DNA of 54,289 nt. It comes from Minisyncoccota bacterium (GTDB lineage: Bacteria > Patescibacteriota > Minisyncoccia > 2-02-FULL-40-12 > GWA2-44-9). The stretch lies in NCBI GenBank assembly GCA_017992005.1, contig JAGOPO010000003.1, positions 1 through 54,289 of the forward strand, written 5' to 3'. The notes under the pieces were generated by a model, which worked only from the letters and a program-made list of their open reading frames with translations, ran no database searches and was not told the DNA's origin. The position numbers were made by a program, and so were the translations under genes. This document shows, piece after piece, positions 52,861-54,289 of the stretch. How positions within the stretch are numbered: the stretch's first letter is position 1; each line of letters opens with the position of its first letter.

Positions 52861-54289
52861 TTGTCTCTTCAGGCTGCCTCCAAATACACGACTCATTCTC
52901 AGGAGTATCTTCGTCTTCTGGCCTGCAAGAAGAAACTCAAAGCGCGGAAGATCGGTCATAACTGGTATGCAACACGAGAGGCGCTTGTAGAGTATTTTGG
53001 AGATAAGATTGTTTTTGATGTCGCAGCCCCTGTCGCAGCCCCTGTCGCAGCCCCTGTCGCAGCCCCTGTCGCAGCCCCTGTCGCAGCCCCTAGCCCTTCT
53101 GAGTATGTGGATGCAATCTTTACGAAGGTTATCCATGAGGCGCTGAGTGCGAGGCTTGCGCAGCAAGAACAGCAGCAGCTTCCCATTCGAGCCGCTTCGA
53201 GCTACGGCATTCGAATGTGGCAGTCGGTTGCTACGGTTGCGGTTATTTTGTTCTTTATTTCTCTGAGCGGTGTTTCAATCCGTTCTGGTGTCACGAAGTT
53301 TGCGCAATACAAGCAGCAGCAGCCCGTGGTAGCGGTAGCGGTTCCAGCTTCGCCATCGCCTAGTGCAACGCCTGATCTTTTTGTCTCCACATCTCCAGCT
53401 GCCTCCGTTGCTCCCCGCATTGTCGTCACCCAGGCAGTCAGCAAGGAGGCTATCCTCGCTGCCGTGGAGGATTTCCTAAGTCTTGGCCTCCCTCCTCAGA
53501 TCGCAGCGCAGCTCAAGGGTGACAAAGGGGATCCAGGGAGTCAGGGTATCCAAGCTCCTCAAGGATTTTCCATCGGCGCTGTCCCGCAGACTTCTTCAGG
53601 GGGAAGCGTTGGAACGATCGGTGGCATCACATACTTCGGCGCCAAGAGTCTCTCCACAGAGACTCTCTCCGTTTCTGGGGTGAGCACACTCGCAGAAGTA
53701 AACGCTGAAAGCCTCACCGTAAGTGGTGCCTTCTCTGCGGGCGCGGTTACCCTTGGCTCTTCAACACTCTCATCGCTATCAGTGACCGGATCATCGGTTT
53801 TTGCTGTTGCTTCTATCTCCGGGGACCTTGAAGTCACCGGCACCGCTTCAGCCTCCTCCACCTATGGATCTGGACTCACGAATTGCAATGCCGTGGCTGC
53901 AAAGCTTCTTTGGAATGAATCGACTGGTCTCTTTTCATGCGGTGTTGACCTCAACACTGGCAGTGGTCCGGGATCTGGCTCTCTCGTTGTGAAGGAAGGC
54001 TCAAGCGGCACATTTGTAAGCGTTGCATCGATGCAGTTCTCTGGTAGTGGCTTCAACCTCGCAGTCAATGGGTCATACGCTTCACTTTCCCTCGACTGGA
54101 TCAACGGTCCCGCCTCCCGCTCCACCGTTAACACCTGGACTGCGCTGAACGTGTTCAGTGTGGGTGCGAGTGTATCCACGAACCTCGAAGTCTCCGGTAC
54201 CGCATCCATCTCCGCCCTCAAGATCAACGGCACTGCATTCAACCCTGCCGCATATCAAACCCTCGACGCCACTCTCACCGCATTGGCAG
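52861..54289 (+). CDS. Large surface protein, 5' part (TTG start, runs off the window end): N-terminal HTH, VAAP repeats, TM helix, short collagen-like stretch, Ser/Gly/Thr-rich fibre-like region
   Basis: The frame is open from 52795 to the window end. An AAGGGAGAG RBS lies 6 nt before the TTG. Sequence elements: SLQAASKYTTHSQEYLRLLACKKKLKARKIGHNWYATREAL, (VAAP)x6, the TM segment VATVAVILFFISL, and GDKGDPGSQG. Confidence 0.6.
   Translation, partial: MSLQAASKYTTHSQEYLRLLACKKKLKARKIGHNWYATREALVEYFGDKIVFDVAAPVAAPVAAPVAAPVAAPVAAPSPSEYVDAIFTKVIHEALSARLAQQEQQQLPIRAASSYGIRMWQSVATVAVILFFISLSGVSIRSGVTKFAQYKQQQPVVAVAVPASPSPSATPDLFVSTSPAASVAPRIVVTQAVSKEAILAAVEDFLSLGLPPQIAAQLKGDKGDPGSQGIQAPQGFSIGAVPQTSSGGSVGTIGGITYFGAKSLSTETLSVSGVSTLAEVNAESLTVSGAFSAGAVTLGSSTLSSLSVTGSSVFAVASISGDLEVTGTASASSTYGSGLTNCNAVAAKLLWNESTGLFSCGVDLNTGSGPGSGSLVVKEGSSGTFVSVASMQFSGSGFNLAVNGSYASLSLDWINGPASRSTVNTWTALNVFSVGASVSTNLEVSGTASISALKINGTAFNPAAYQTLDATLTALA
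53020..53091 (+). repeat. Perfect 12-bp tandem repeat GTCGCAGCCCCT x6
   Basis: Counted directly from the sequence. It encodes (VAAP)6 in the plus-strand frame. Confidence 0.95.

Noticed and set aside
53020-53091. Possible CRISPR array
   Set aside because: The 12-bp units are contiguous with no spacers, lie in frame inside a CDS, and no cas genes are present.
52795-53166. Minus-strand ORF with a GCDRGCDRGCDR... repeat, and the overlapping ORF 52956..53186 on the same strand
   Set aside because: These are antisense reading frames of the 12-bp tandem repeat. The plus-strand frame is open over about 1.5 kb, has an RBS and has a sensible domain layout.

Overview
This 54.3-kb window looks like it comes from a small-genome, CPR/Patescibacteria-like bacterium. 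That placement is an inference from gene content: VirB2/TrbC-like pilin paralogs, an HTH-fronted giant surface protein, an intron-containing tRNA, a free-standing LAGLIDADG-like gene and very tight gene packing. The standard genetic code is in use, and TGA serves as a stop in several ATGA or TAATG coupled junctions.

The housekeeping backbone includes ftsH, a beta-CASP RNase, an S1 protein, gyrA, valS, tsaD, the infC-rpmI-rplT operon, smpB, argS, metG, rsmI and a TatD hydrolase. It also includes an M16 peptidase, Hsp20, HtrA, a PAP2 phosphatase, nucleases and transporters. There are six tRNA genes (Val-UAC, Ile-UAU, Leu-UAG, Glu-UUC, initiator Met, Met-CAU) and a tmRNA.

The parts most worth a second look:
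1. A translationally coupled 20S-proteasome-like beta/alpha gene pair (31914-33382). No Pup, Dop/PafA or AAA unfoldase gene is nearby.
2. Two accessory islands (25.5-29.4 kb and 35.6-43.9 kb). One lies 3' of the tmRNA gene and the other 3' of the initiator tRNA gene. Both are built from small single- or two-gene cassettes on the minus strand. Each cassette carries its own sigma70-like promoter and a nearly identical terminator hairpin (CCCCACC(C)-GGTGAG-(G)GGTGGGG). The encoded products are mostly small Cys-rich zinc-ribbon or membrane proteins.
3. An initiator tRNA split by a 211-nt group I intron, with a LAGLIDADG-like gene next to it.
4. A tmRNA gene whose 3' end is present in extra copies around a hairpin-rich 194-bp insertion.
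5. Two riboswitch-like leaders, two short promoter-to-terminator transcripts without convincing ORFs, a conserved hairpin abutting three tRNA-type 3' ends, and a 160-bp element bounded by inverted repeats.
6. A 1.7-kb ORF-poor gap between metG and tatD.

All calls come from reading the sequence and ORF track. No database search or folding program was run.
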